A DNA stretch of 64,000 nucleotides from Candidatus Omnitrophota bacterium (GCA_018822885.1 JAHJJA010000047.1:5384-69383), one strand, 5' to 3'; positions 36,198 to 45,107 are shown, counted from the first letter of the stretch. A program made the numbers and translations. The notes: generated from the letters alone by a model not told the origin.

Positions 36198-37511
36198 ATG
36201 AGTAAACAGCAAACGATTGCAAAAGAGATCTCTTTGAGCGGGGTGGGGTTGCACACCGCTAATAAAGTAAATGTGACCTTTAAACCCGCGCCTGTTGATT
36301 CGGGGATTAATTTTATACGGGTCGATTCTCCGGCAAAGGCTTTGATAAAGGCTTCTACGGAGAACCTATTGTCCCCTTCGCTATATCCGCGCCGCACATC
36401 CATAGGAAAAGACGGCGCAGAGATCCAGACTATCGAGCATCTTATGGCTGTGTTTTCCGGGCTTGGCATAGATAATATTATCGTAGAGGCCGACGCCAGC
36501 GAGCTCCCCGGGATGGACGGAAGCGGCCTGCTTTTTTCGCAGGAATTAAGCCGCGCCGGGATAAAAGAGCAGGAAAAAGAGCGCAAGGTTTTTAGCGTGA
36601 AGGAACCGATTTTTATTGAGCACGAAGGTTCGTCATTGATCGCGTTACCCTGCGCGGATTTTAAAGTCTCTTATACCCTGAATTATAATCACCCTTATTT
36701 AAAATCGCAGTTTTTGGAGGCCACTATAAATGCGGATTTATTTCAAAAAGAGATCTCCGGGGCAAGGACATTTTGTCTTGAGCAGGAGGTGGAATTAAAG
36801 CGCGAGGGCTTTGGGCACGGGGCAAATTATGAGAATACCCTTGTCGTCGGCAAAGACGGGGTTATTAAAAACAAGCTTCGTTTTTCAGATGAGTTCATCC
36901 GGCATAAGGTATTGGACCTGATCGGTGATCTATATTTGGCTGGGCCGATCAAAGCGCATATCATCGCGATCAAAAGCGGCCACGCGCATAATCTTGAGCT
37001 TGCGCGTAAGATCAGCCAGCAGGATCAAACTCCTTCTGCGGCTTCCGCGGGAGGCTTTGGTTACAAGCTGCAGGCAGGAGCGGTAATGGATGTGTCTACG
37101 ATAAAAGAGATCCTTCCTCACCGCGAGCCTTTTCTCTTTGTCGACAGGATCATTGAGATGGAGTACGGTAAACGCGCTCTCGGGATCAAGAATGTCACTA
37201 TTAACGATTATTTTTTTAAAGGCCATTTTCCGAACAGGCCGGTCATGCCCGGAGTTATAATCATCGAGGCCATGGCGCAGGTCGGAGGAGTCATGATGCT
37301 TGCCCCGGAAGAAAACCGTGGGAAGCTGGCGTTTTTTATGGCGATAAATAATGTCAAGTTCAGAAAACCCGTTGTTCCCGGGGATCAGTTATTTTTAGAG
37401 GTAGTTGCGGGCAAGATGAAGTCAAAGACAGGCATAGTCCACGGCAGGGCGTTGGTCGACGGCAAGGTCGTGGCAGAGGCGGACCTGATGTTTGCCATTA
37501 TTGAGAATTGA
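36198..37511 (+). CDS. lpxC: Bifunctional UDP-3-O-acyl-GlcNAc deacetylase / 3-hydroxyacyl-ACP dehydratase (LpxC-FabZ fusion)
   Basis: ~280-aa N-terminal LpxC (GVGLHTA..., HxxH zinc region), then a linker, then a FabZ hotdog domain (REPFLFVDRIIE..., HFPNRPVMPGV). Confidence 0.85.
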   Translation: MSKQQTIAKEISLSGVGLHTANKVNVTFKPAPVDSGINFIRVDSPAKALIKASTENLLSPSLYPRRTSIGKDGAEIQTIEHLMAVFSGLGIDNIIVEADASELPGMDGSGLLFSQELSRAGIKEQEKERKVFSVKEPIFIEHEGSSLIALPCADFKVSYTLNYNHPYLKSQFLEATINADLFQKEISGARTFCLEQEVELKREGFGHGANYENTLVVGKDGVIKNKLRFSDEFIRHKVLDLIGDLYLAGPIKAHIIAIKSGHAHNLELARKISQQDQTPSAASAGGFGYKLQAGAVMDVSTIKEILPHREPFLFVDRIIEMEYGKRALGIKNVTINDYFFKGHFPNRPVMPGVIIIEAMAQVGGVMMLAPEENRGKLAFFMAINNVKFRKPVVPGDQLFLEVVAGKMKSKTGIVHGRALVDGKVVAEADLMFAIIEN

Positions 37512-37529
37512 TATCTAAATAGATAAAAG

Positions 37530-38321
37530 ATGGATATACATAAGACAGCGATAGTTTCCGGTAAAGCGAAATTAGCAGTGGGCGTATCAGTCGGCCCATA
37601 TTCTGTCATTTCAGATAATGTTTGTATCGGGTCAGGGACAAAAATAGGCACGCATTGCCTGATCGAAGGCTATACGACTATCGGAAAGAATTGCGAGATA
37701 TTCACAGGGGCTGTAGTCGGCAGCAAGCCGCAAGATTTAAAATTCAGTGGAGAAAAAAGCTTTTTAGAAATAGGGGATAATAATGTCATCCGAGAATATT
37801 GTACCCTTAATCCCGGGACAGGGGAAGGGGGCAAGACTGCTGTAGGCAGCAACTGTTTGCTTATGGCTTATTCGCATGTCGCCCACGACTGCCTGATTGG
37901 TAACAAGTGCATTTTCGCGAATTGCGCTACACTTGCGGGCCACGTTACGATCGAAGATATGGCCATCATCGGCGGAATTGTCGCGGTCCATCAGTTTGTG
38001 CGCGTCGGTAAGCTTTCCATAATCGGAGGCTGCTCTAAAGTCGTCCAGGATATTCCACCGTATTCTACATGCGACGGGCATCCCGCGCGGATATATGGGC
38101 TTAATCTGCTCGGCTTAAGAAGGCATAATGTCTCAAAAGATTCCATAGGGTTACTTGATAGCGCGTTTAAGATCCTATTTAATTCTGGGGTTTCCGCGAA
38201 ACGCTCGCTCGAAAAAATAGAAAAAGAATTTATTCGCACCGAAGAAATATCCTATCTCGCAGATTTTATAAAAAAGTCAGAGCGCGGCCTATCTCGTTCA
38301 TGCCGCAAAGATAAAGTATAA
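37530..38321 (+). CDS. lpxA: Acyl-ACP:UDP-GlcNAc O-acyltransferase
   Basis: LbH hexapeptide repeats plus the LpxA C-terminal helical domain. Confidence 0.85.
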   Translation: MDIHKTAIVSGKAKLAVGVSVGPYSVISDNVCIGSGTKIGTHCLIEGYTTIGKNCEIFTGAVVGSKPQDLKFSGEKSFLEIGDNNVIREYCTLNPGTGEGGKTAVGSNCLLMAYSHVAHDCLIGNKCIFANCATLAGHVTIEDMAIIGGIVAVHQFVRVGKLSIIGGCSKVVQDIPPYSTCDGHPARIYGLNLLGLRRHNVSKDSIGLLDSAFKILFNSGVSAKRSLEKIEKEFIRTEEISYLADFIKKSERGLSRSCRKDKV

Positions 38322-38334
38322 AAACAATCGACTT

Positions 38335-39138
38335 ATGGAAAAGATCGGCCTTATCGCCGGAAACAGGAAATTTCCTATCCTTTTTTGCGAAGCAGCGAAA
38401 GATAAAGGTTATCATATCGTAGCCGTCGCTATTAAGGGCGATACTTCTTCTGCAATAAATAGATCGGCAGGTAAGACCTACTGGATCGGCCTCAATGAGT
38501 TTAGCAAGATGTTTGAGATATTTAAAGGCGAGAGGATCACTAAGGTGGTCATGGCCGGACAAGTCAGCCCTCATCGTCTTTTCAGTAAAGAGATAAATAA
38601 AGACGAAGCCCTAAGGGGCCTGCTTGAGAATATAAGAGATAAGAAGGCCGATACAATATTCGGCGCGGTAGCGGCAAAGCTTAAAGATAATGGTTTTGAG
38701 CTTTTGGATTCTACGATCTTTATAGAAGAACACCTGCCGAAAAAAGGGACGCTGACTAAATCAGAGCCGGATCAGTTTTTGCGGGAGGATATTGATTTTG
38801 GTTTTGGCCTCGCAAAGGCGATCGGGGGACTTGATATAGGCCAGACAGTAGCGGTAAAATCCAAGGCGGTTATCGCGGTAGAGGCCCTTGAGGGAACAGA
38901 TAATCTTATAAGGCGGGCCGGAAGAATAAGCCGCGGCGGATTTACTTTGATCAAGGCCAGCAAGCCTAAACAGGATATGCGTTTTGATATACCGGTAGTA
39001 GGCCTGAATACTATAAGAAATTTAGTCAGGGCAAAAGCCAGATGCCTCGCTATCGAGGCTGATAAGACGCTTTTTATCGATAGGCAGGAGAGCGTGAGGC
39101 TTGCGGATAAAAAGGGTATTGTTATTGTAGCCGTATAA
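38335..39138 (+). CDS. lpxI: UDP-2,3-diacylglucosamine hydrolase LpxI-like (DUF1009)
   Basis: MEKIGLIAGNRKFP N-terminus typical of LpxI. Position after lpxA mirrors Caulobacter-type lpx clusters. Confidence 0.6.
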   Translation: MEKIGLIAGNRKFPILFCEAAKDKGYHIVAVAIKGDTSSAINRSAGKTYWIGLNEFSKMFEIFKGERITKVVMAGQVSPHRLFSKEINKDEALRGLLENIRDKKADTIFGAVAAKLKDNGFELLDSTIFIEEHLPKKGTLTKSEPDQFLREDIDFGFGLAKAIGGLDIGQTVAVKSKAVIAVEALEGTDNLIRRAGRISRGGFTLIKASKPKQDMRFDIPVVGLNTIRNLVRAKARCLAIEADKTLFIDRQESVRLADKKGIVIVAV

Positions 39139-39152
39139 AGGAGGAGCTGACT

Positions 39153-39617
39153 ATGAGAAAGATATCGGCTTTATTGATTTTTCCCGTTTTACTTGCAGGA
39201 TGTGTTTCTACGAGGAGTCTGAATGATATCCAGTCGCGCGTAGATTCTCTGGAATCTAAAAGCCAGCAGACAGAAAGCGCCATTGTTTCATTGCGTCAGG
39301 GGCAGGAGAAGCTGCAGGCAAATTACGCGGAGCAGGCGCAGTTAGTGCAGAAGATACAGGATGAGCAGAAAAAGGCCAAAGACCTCCTTATGAAAGCCGC
39401 GCAAGCTAGGCCTAAGGCAAATATGCCGGATGCCAAAGAGATCCAGAGCGCGCTTAAGAACGCCGGTTTTTACAAGGGAGAGATTGATGGGGCTATCGGG
39501 GAAAAGACAAAAGAGGCGATCAGGAGTTTCCAGAGCGCAAATGATCTTAATCCCGACGGAGTCGTAGGCAGCAGGACATGGTCAGCCTTGACTAAGTACC
39601 TTGAGGAGAGGAACTAA
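39153..39617 (+). CDS. Lipoprotein with C-terminal peptidoglycan-binding domain
   Basis: Lipobox LLAGC, central coiled coil, and a C-terminal PG_binding_1-like repeat (LKNAGFYKGEIDGAIGEKTKEAIRSFQ). Confidence 0.6.
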   Translation: MRKISALLIFPVLLAGCVSTRSLNDIQSRVDSLESKSQQTESAIVSLRQGQEKLQANYAEQAQLVQKIQDEQKKAKDLLMKAAQARPKANMPDAKEIQSALKNAGFYKGEIDGAIGEKTKEAIRSFQSANDLNPDGVVGSRTWSALTKYLEERN

Positions 39618-39630
39618 AGAGTAATTTTTC

Positions 39631-39658
39631 TTGACACAGATTAATATTAGGGTATAAA
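39631..39658 (+). promoter_or_regulatory. Sigma70-type promoter
   Basis: TTGACA-N16-TATAAA upstream of the CBM48 gene. Confidence 0.5.
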
Positions 39659-39683
39659 ATAAGTCAAACAAGGAGGAGGATTT

Positions 39684-39962
39684 ATGGCAAGGACAGCAGC
39701 AGCAGGAAAAGCGATTCAACTTAAAATCAACGCACCTAAAGCAAAGAGGGTGAGTGTTGCCGGATCTTTTAATAATTGGGATGATAAATCTTTTAGCGCT
39801 AAGAAGAACACTAAAGGTGAGTGGGCAGTGAAATTAAATTTAAAGCCGGGAAAGTACGAATATAAGTTTGTTGTGGATGGTTCCTGGGTAACTGATCCTA
39901 AATCAAAGTGCCAGATTTTCAATTCCATGGGGACACAAAACAGCATATTGGAAGTAAAATAA
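39684..39962 (+). CDS. Stand-alone CBM48 / AMPK-beta-type glycogen-binding module protein
   Basis: 92 aa. ...KRVSVAGSFNNWDDKSFSAKKNTKGEWAVKLNLKPGKYEYKFVVDGSWVTDP matches isoamylase-N/CBM48 modules. Confidence 0.6.
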   Translation: MARTAAAGKAIQLKINAPKAKRVSVAGSFNNWDDKSFSAKKNTKGEWAVKLNLKPGKYEYKFVVDGSWVTDPKSKCQIFNSMGTQNSILEVK

Positions 39963-39994
39963 GGGTCTTTGTTTAAGATCTGATCGATTAATTT

Positions 39995-40027
39995 GGGCGC
40001 CACTGGTACTAGGGGCGCCCTTTTTAT
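39995..40027 (+). terminator. Rho-independent terminator
   Basis: GGGCGCC-N12-GGCGCCC followed by TTTTT. Confidence 0.7.
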
Positions 40028-40049
40028 TAAGAAGGGGGAGCATCAAGGT

Positions 40050-40769
40050 ATGAGGTTTGTATATGGGCCAGTAATTTCACGCAGAATCGGCGTTTCTTTG
40101 GGCATCAGCCTCACTCCTTATAAGATCTGTAATTTCGACTGTATTTATTGCCAGCTGGGCAGGACCAGAGAAAAAACAAATGTAAGGAAGGAATATATTG
40201 CATCCGGGGAGATCATCGACGAGGTAAGGGCATGGATCTCGGCTAATAAGCAGGAGGAGGCCAAGTTAAATTATCTTACTATCTCCGGTTTGGGTGAGCC
40301 TACTTTGAATACAGGGATCGGCCGGATAATCTCCGAAATAAAAAAGATCTCCGGTGTGCCTCTGGCAGTGATTACAAACGCCTCTTATTTAAACGACAAG
40401 GAGGTGCGCAGCTGCCTTTTATCCGCTGATCTGATCGTTCCTTCTTTAGATGCGGCAAGCCAAGAGGTCTTTGAGAAGATCGACCGCCCGTCGGCGGAAG
40501 TAAAATTAAATGATATAATCGAAGGGCTGGTTGATTTAAGAAAAGAATATAGTGGAAAGATCTGGCTTGAGGTGATGTTGGTTTCCGGAGTCAATGATGA
40601 TATCAGGCATATTAAGAAGCTTAAAGAAACCATCGACAGGATCGAGCCTGATAAGATCCAGCTTAATTCACCTGTACGCACGACTAGCGAGGAGAATGTT
40701 TTGCCGGTAGAGAGGGCTAAATTAGAAAAGATCAAAGAGATACTGGGAGATAGGTGTGAGATAGTCTAG
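40050..40769 (+). CDS. Radical SAM domain protein
   Basis: CNFDCIYCQ (CxxxCxxC) near the N-terminus. Start moved to the ATG at 40050 downstream of the terminator. Confidence 0.65.
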   Translation: MRFVYGPVISRRIGVSLGISLTPYKICNFDCIYCQLGRTREKTNVRKEYIASGEIIDEVRAWISANKQEEAKLNYLTISGLGEPTLNTGIGRIISEIKKISGVPLAVITNASYLNDKEVRSCLLSADLIVPSLDAASQEVFEKIDRPSAEVKLNDIIEGLVDLRKEYSGKIWLEVMLVSGVNDDIRHIKKLKETIDRIEPDKIQLNSPVRTTSEENVLPVERAKLEKIKEILGDRCEIV

Positions 40770-40773
40770 CTGC

Positions 40774-40952
40774 TGATTTGGTGCGGGACAAGCGCATCGA
40801 TTATTCGCGCCTGTAGCTTTAGTGAAGCCATAACTTATGGAGCGTAAGCGAACATAAGTTATATGGCTGAACTAATCCCGCACCAATAGGCATTAAACAT
40901 ACTTTATTGATTTGGTGCGGGACAAGCGCATCGATTATTCGCGCCTGTAGCT
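40774..40952 (+). repeat. 134-nt structured repeat unit plus partial second copy fused to the 5' end of tRNA-Arg
   Basis: TGATTTGGTGCGGGACAAGCGCATCGATTATTCGCGCCTGTAGCT occurs at 40774 and again at 40908, where it runs into the tRNA. Inside the unit, TTGGTGCGGGA (40777-40787) and TCCCGCACCAA (40876-40886) flank a hairpin GCCATAACTTATG-GAGCGTAAGCGAA-CATAAGTTATATGGC. Confidence 0.65.
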
Positions 40953-41013
40953 CAATGGATAGAGCGCTAGCCTTCGGAGCTAGGCGTTGGAGGTTCGACT
41001 CCTCCCAGGCGCA
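40941..41013 (+). tRNA. tRNA-Arg (anticodon TCG)
   Basis: Acceptor GCGCCTG/CAGGCGC, D arm GCTC-AATGGATA-GAGC, anticodon stem CTAGC/GCTAG with loop CTTCGGA, T arm GGAGG-TTCGACT-CCTCC. Confidence 0.85.
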
Positions 41014-41028
41014 AGAGGAATTCAAAAA

Positions 41029-41343
41029 ATGAAAAAGTGCCCGTTTTGCGCGGAAGAAATTCAGGATGAAGCGATAAAATGCAGGTATTGCGGCGAGTTG
41101 ATTAACGCCAAAGCCAAGACGCCGTGGTATTTAAAGACTTCTACTTTAATAGTGGCTCTGTTGTGCGTCGGGCCGCTGGCCTTGCCTTTGGTCTGGCTTA
41201 ATCCGCGCTTTTCCAAGAACCTAAAAATAATCATCACATTGATCATAATCATTATAACTTATTATTTCGCTGCCTTGACTATAAATTCAGTCAAGAAGAT
41301 CTCTGATTATTATCAGAAAATGCAGCAGCTTAACTTGTATTGA
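41029..41343 (+). CDS. Zinc-ribbon membrane protein
   Basis: N-terminal CPFC-N14-CRYC zinc ribbon followed by two TM helices. Start moved to the ATG at 41029. Confidence 0.5.
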   Translation: MKKCPFCAEEIQDEAIKCRYCGELINAKAKTPWYLKTSTLIVALLCVGPLALPLVWLNPRFSKNLKIIITLIIIIITYYFAALTINSVKKISDYYQKMQQLNLY

Positions 41344-41382
41344 TATTTTTGTGGTTTTTAAAAGCGAGGAAGGAGGGCTAAT

Positions 41383-41859
41383 ATGAGAAAAGCCGGATAT
41401 TATTTATTTTTGAGTGTTTGTCTTATATTGTTAGCTTCTATGGCATATTCCGATGACCAGGGAGACAAGAGTTTTCTTAGCCCGGACAGGATATATGGTG
41501 TTGATAAGCCAAATGCGCCGCCCTCTTTTGGGGCAAGTTCCGGTACCGGAGCTTTTTTAACCCCGGACAGGGTTTACGGTGTTGACAAACAAAGAGCGCT
41601 CTCTTATGAAGCCGGGAATCTCCGTTTTAAGACAAAGCCGACCACGGATGCGGCAAAACCTAAAATACCCAGAAAAAGCGGTTGTCAGTATGATTCTGAT
41701 TGCTCCGGAGGAAAGGTCTGCGTGAAAACAAGGTTTAGCAGTGATGGCATCTGCGCCTCAAGGGATGAAAAACAGAGCTATATCGACGGGAGTTATAAAA
41801 AGAAGAAGAAAGCCAAAGAAGATATCCATAATAAGACCTGGCAAGACTTTGATTACTAA
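41383..41859 (+). CDS. Secreted hypothetical protein with internal repeat and Cys-rich C-terminal module
   Basis: Signal peptide. Repeats LSPDRIYGVDKPNAPPSFGASSG and LTPDRVYGVDKQRA. Four-Cys motif CQYDSDCSGGKVCV...GICAS. Confidence 0.5.
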   Translation: MRKAGYYLFLSVCLILLASMAYSDDQGDKSFLSPDRIYGVDKPNAPPSFGASSGTGAFLTPDRVYGVDKQRALSYEAGNLRFKTKPTTDAAKPKIPRKSGCQYDSDCSGGKVCVKTRFSSDGICASRDEKQSYIDGSYKKKKKAKEDIHNKTWQDFDY

Positions 41860-41879
41860 AGGACAAAAGATTAATTTTC

Positions 41880-41909
41880 TTTACAATTTTGGAATGAAAG
41901 TGTTATAAT
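41880..41909 (+). promoter_or_regulatory. Sigma70-type promoter upstream of pilin gene
   Basis: TTTACA-N18-TATAAT. Confidence 0.45.
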
Positions 41910-41980
41910 TGAGGGAAGAAAAAAGTAAGCTGGTATATTAAAGAGAATTCCAGCAAAACATAGAATAAAGGAGGAGGGAA

Positions 41981-42346
41981 ATGTTCAATAGGAAAGGTTT
42001 TACGCTTATCGAGTTGGTCATGGTCATTGTCATCTTAGCTATCCTTGCTATTGTGGCGATCCCGAAGTATTTTGACCTTCAGAATGACGCCAAGGCATCG
42101 GCAGAAAAAGGCGTAGTCGGCGGTGTCAGGTCCGGTGTTTATTCTTACTATGCCCAGTACAAGACATTCCCTGCTGCTCTTGATAACGCTACCGTGGCAG
42201 CTTGTACTTCCACGAATCCGTGTTTTACCAATGTCTTAGGCCAGGGCGGCCTTTATCCGGACTGGACCAAATCAAGCTCTAACACCTATGTCGGTCCTAC
42301 AAACACTACCTATACTTACACCGCGGGTACAGGCGAGTTTAATTAA
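41981..42346 (+). CDS. Type IV pilin / pseudopilin
   Basis: Prepilin N-terminal cleavage/methylation motif GFTLIELVMVIVILAIL. Confidence 0.75.
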   Translation: MFNRKGFTLIELVMVIVILAILAIVAIPKYFDLQNDAKASAEKGVVGGVRSGVYSYYAQYKTFPAALDNATVAACTSTNPCFTNVLGQGGLYPDWTKSSSNTYVGPTNTTYTYTAGTGEFN

Positions 42347-42493
42347 AGGAGGGATGAATGCGACGCGCGCATAAACACAGAAGGCTAAAGAAGCATCATC
42401 ATAAAAAACATATGAGTCTTCTACAGGCGATCAGAATGTACGCCGGTATGCCGGTGGGTTCCTAGGAGCTTAAGGCACGACTCTAAAGCTGGA

Positions 42494-42519
42494 GTAGGGC
42501 ACACTTAAGTGTGCCCTAC
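42494..42519 (+). other. Perfect 11-bp stem / 4-nt loop hairpin downstream of pilin gene
   Basis: GTAGGGCACAC-TTAA-GTGTGCCCTAC. No U-tract follows. Confidence 0.5.
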
Positions 42520-42557
42520 CGGAAACAAGGGTTCGGGCCTTGGAGGGGGGATAAATC

Positions 42558-43037
42558 ATGAAAGCACTATTAATGTTTATTGCGTTTATTGCTGTTTTGT
42601 CGATGATTGCGATAGCCTATGGGCAGGGACCGGCTCCGTCTATGATAAATTTTCTCAACAGTTATAACAACCCGAGATTTGAAGCTGAACACCAGCAGGA
42701 CGCCGATAGCGCTTTTATAAAAAGTATGAATGCCCAGACTTACCGCTATTATTATGATTCTCCGGTCAGCAAGGCAAGCGACGGGTTTATTAACACCACG
42801 ACTTCTTGGGCGGATATATTTTATGAGGTCGGCAAGACTTCCGCTGATGATAATATCTTAAGCGGGATAACCTTTGGGTTAGGTAAAGGGCTTGCATCGA
42901 GCATTACGCGCGGGGTTGCTGGAGTTGCCGATATAACGACTTCGGCGTTTCCTCCTTATGATAAACCTTTAGTCGCTACAGAGTATAAGGTCGTCGCTCC
43001 GCAGAAGGAGTTTAAAGTAAATATACTCGAGTGGTAG
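42558..43037 (+). CDS. Secreted hypothetical protein
   Basis: Signal peptide. No recognisable domain. Confidence 0.5.
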   Translation: MKALLMFIAFIAVLSMIAIAYGQGPAPSMINFLNSYNNPRFEAEHQQDADSAFIKSMNAQTYRYYYDSPVSKASDGFINTTTSWADIFYEVGKTSADDNILSGITFGLGKGLASSITRGVAGVADITTSAFPPYDKPLVATEYKVVAPQKEFKVNILEW

Positions 43038-43047
43038 AGGTACAGGG

Positions 43048-44928
43048 TTAGTTTTCCCTGAGTTGTTTTTCCGCGTCGACCACATCGCGGTTTATAACGC
43101 GTATGGTCTCGCGGATTTTGTCTTTTAAGAGATAGGAAGCCACTCTGGCATCGGATATTTCACGCAGGGTTTGAATGCTCATGCGAAAATAGCGCACTAC
43201 CTCACCTTCATCGACATCTGTAAAGCGTAACATTTTCTCAAAATTAGTTCCGCGCAGCCATGCTTCCATGGCGACACTTAAATGAAAATAAGGGAGCTTG
43301 CTGAAAGGATATATTCTGTAGCGTTCTTCTTTATGCTTGATGCGGTCGTAAGTTTCTTCGCAGACGCGTTTAATACTTCTGGTACCTTTTGAAATCCCCA
43401 CAGGCATGCGTTGGTTTTTGCGCGGTTCAAATACTACTCCGGCAGCAATCACGCCTAAACCAAATTCATCTAATTGTTCCAGAACATTATCTTCGTAAAG
43501 TTCGGATAAGATCAATTCATAGCCGTAAACGCTTTTTGCGAACTGTCCCTTTTGGCTTAATACTCCGTCATGGATATATCCAAGTTCTTTCAGGAGCCTT
43601 AATTTTGCATCAATAAGGCGCAGGGCTTCTTTCTGCTCATTTTTGCGCGACTGAAAATAGTGCAAAGAGAGTGGGTAAACCTTAAAAAGTTCCTCTTGGT
43701 ATTTTTCGTAAAGATTGAGTATTGTGGCATAAGAAGTATTTAGTTGGCTTCTGACTTCTTCAGGTTTTCCGAATATTACGCGTTTTGCGTCTTCTAACTC
43801 TATTCGGTGTAAATTCACTCTGCAATAAACAAAACCTTCTTTATCAATTCCGCGCCTGCCTGCGCGTCCTGCCATTTGATAAAAATCGCGCGTTTTTAAA
43901 TTACGCACATATTTACCGTAGAATTTACGCAGGTCATCAAACATCACTGAACGGCTAGGCATATTTATGCCAAGGGCAAAAGTCTCGGTAGTAAAAATGA
44001 CTTTGAGCAGACGGCTGGTAAAAAGGCGCTCAATCACTTCTTTTAAAGTGGGAAGCATTCCTGCGTGATGATAGGCAATTCCGCGCTGGATCAAGGGAAA
44101 CATATCTTGTGCGGTGCGGTCGGTTTTGACATCAAAACGCTCGCACAGATTATTGTATATTTCAACGATTTGCTGTTTTTCTTTGCCATTAAGAAAATTA
44201 TGGTGCATGGACTCAAAGGCAAGCTCTTCTGCGCGCCTCCTGCCAAAGACAAAGTAAATCGCAGGCAGACCGTCTTTTTGATTAAGGTAGCTGATCAGGG
44301 TGCTTAGTTTATTAGGCCTGCCGTATTTAAGGCGCTTTAAGTGGTCGATCTTATCTACGATTTCATTGCCGCACTGGAAAAAGAAATGTAAGGGCACAGG
44401 GCGCTTATCTTCAATGACCACTTGGACCGGTTTATTGTGGATGGATTCGATCCAGGCTGCAAATTGTTTGATATTAGGAATAGTCGCGGACAGGCCCAGG
44501 ATTTTCATATGTTTGGGCAGGAAAATCAGTGACTCTTCCCAGACAGTTCCGCGTTCAGGATTATCTATGTAGTGGATCTCATCGAAAATGATCCATGTAT
44601 ATTTGTCCAAGCTGGTAGGTTCATCAAGGATTTTATTGCGGAAAATCTCTGTGGTCATGATCAGCACAGGTGCTGCCGGATTAATAGATACGTCTCCGGT
44701 AAGAATGCCGATCTGGTCGCCGAATTGACTTTGGAAATCGCGGAACTTCTGGTTAGAAAGGGCTTTAATAGGGGCGGTGTAGATGACCCCGAATCGATTC
44801 TGGATAGAAGTGGAGAGGATGTGCTCTGCTATCGCGGTCTTTCCGGCTCCGGTGGGAGCCGAAACAATCACCGAATGCCCCTGATTGATGTGGCCTATGG
44901 CTTCTTGTTGGAATTTGTCGTAAACCAT
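43048..44928 (-). CDS. Ski2-like DEAD/DEAH-box helicase
   Basis: Walker A APTGAGKT, DEIH box, helicase C domain. ATG at 44928 preferred over the track's GTG at 44967. Confidence 0.75.
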   Translation of the reverse strand: MVYDKFQQEAIGHINQGHSVIVSAPTGAGKTAIAEHILSTSIQNRFGVIYTAPIKALSNQKFRDFQSQFGDQIGILTGDVSINPAAPVLIMTTEIFRNKILDEPTSLDKYTWIIFDEIHYIDNPERGTVWEESLIFLPKHMKILGLSATIPNIKQFAAWIESIHNKPVQVVIEDKRPVPLHFFFQCGNEIVDKIDHLKRLKYGRPNKLSTLISYLNQKDGLPAIYFVFGRRRAEELAFESMHHNFLNGKEKQQIVEIYNNLCERFDVKTDRTAQDMFPLIQRGIAYHHAGMLPTLKEVIERLFTSRLLKVIFTTETFALGINMPSRSVMFDDLRKFYGKYVRNLKTRDFYQMAGRAGRRGIDKEGFVYCRVNLHRIELEDAKRVIFGKPEEVRSQLNTSYATILNLYEKYQEELFKVYPLSLHYFQSRKNEQKEALRLIDAKLRLLKELGYIHDGVLSQKGQFAKSVYGYELILSELYEDNVLEQLDEFGLGVIAAGVVFEPRKNQRMPVGISKGTRSIKRVCEETYDRIKHKEERYRIYPFSKLPYFHLSVAMEAWLRGTNFEKMLRFTDVDEGEVVRYFRMSIQTLREISDARVASYLLKDKIRETIRVINRDVVDAEKQLREN

Positions 44929-44957
44929 TGATGAACTCCGTTTTTGCTTAGAAACGT

Positions 44958-45083
44958 CACCCCGCACCTTTTAATTATTCATGTTTTTAAGATTAATAAA
45001 TGAATATTAAAAAGGTGCGGGGTAAGTTCGCACAATAAGTTATGTCGCTTAGATTCTCAAATAGCTGCTCCATAACTTATGTG
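44958..45083. repeat. Long perfect inverted repeat plus a CATAACTTATG-stem hairpin related to the tRNA-Arg-proximal element
   Basis: 44958-45022 is CACCCCGCACCTTTTAATTATTCAT-N16-ATGAATATTAAAAAGGTGCGGGGT. 45031-45083 is CACAATAAGTTATG-TCGCTTAGATTCTCAAATAGCTGCTC-CATAACTTATGTG, whose stem and TCGCTTA loop match the 40828-40865 hairpin in the opposite orientation. Confidence 0.6.
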
Positions 45084-45107
45084 CTCACTTATTATAATCT
45101 AATTTTG

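Noticed and set aside
36198-37511. LpxC-FabZ fusion as a novelty
   Set aside because: This bifunctional deacetylase/dehydratase architecture is already annotated in several phyla, such as Bacteroidetes/Chlorobi-type genomes. It is real and worth annotating but not new.
39993-40049. ORF-track start of the radical SAM gene at 39993
   Set aside because: That start lies inside the GGGCGCC...GGCGCCC-U5 terminator of the upstream gene. The ATG at 40050 with a GAAGGGGGAG RBS is preferred.
44929-44967. GTG start for the helicase at 44967
   Set aside because: The ATG 13 codons downstream (MVYDKFQQEAIGH...) aligns with the usual start of the helicase N-terminal motif. The GTG extension overlaps the 5' arm of the long inverted repeat. 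It is kept only as an alternative.
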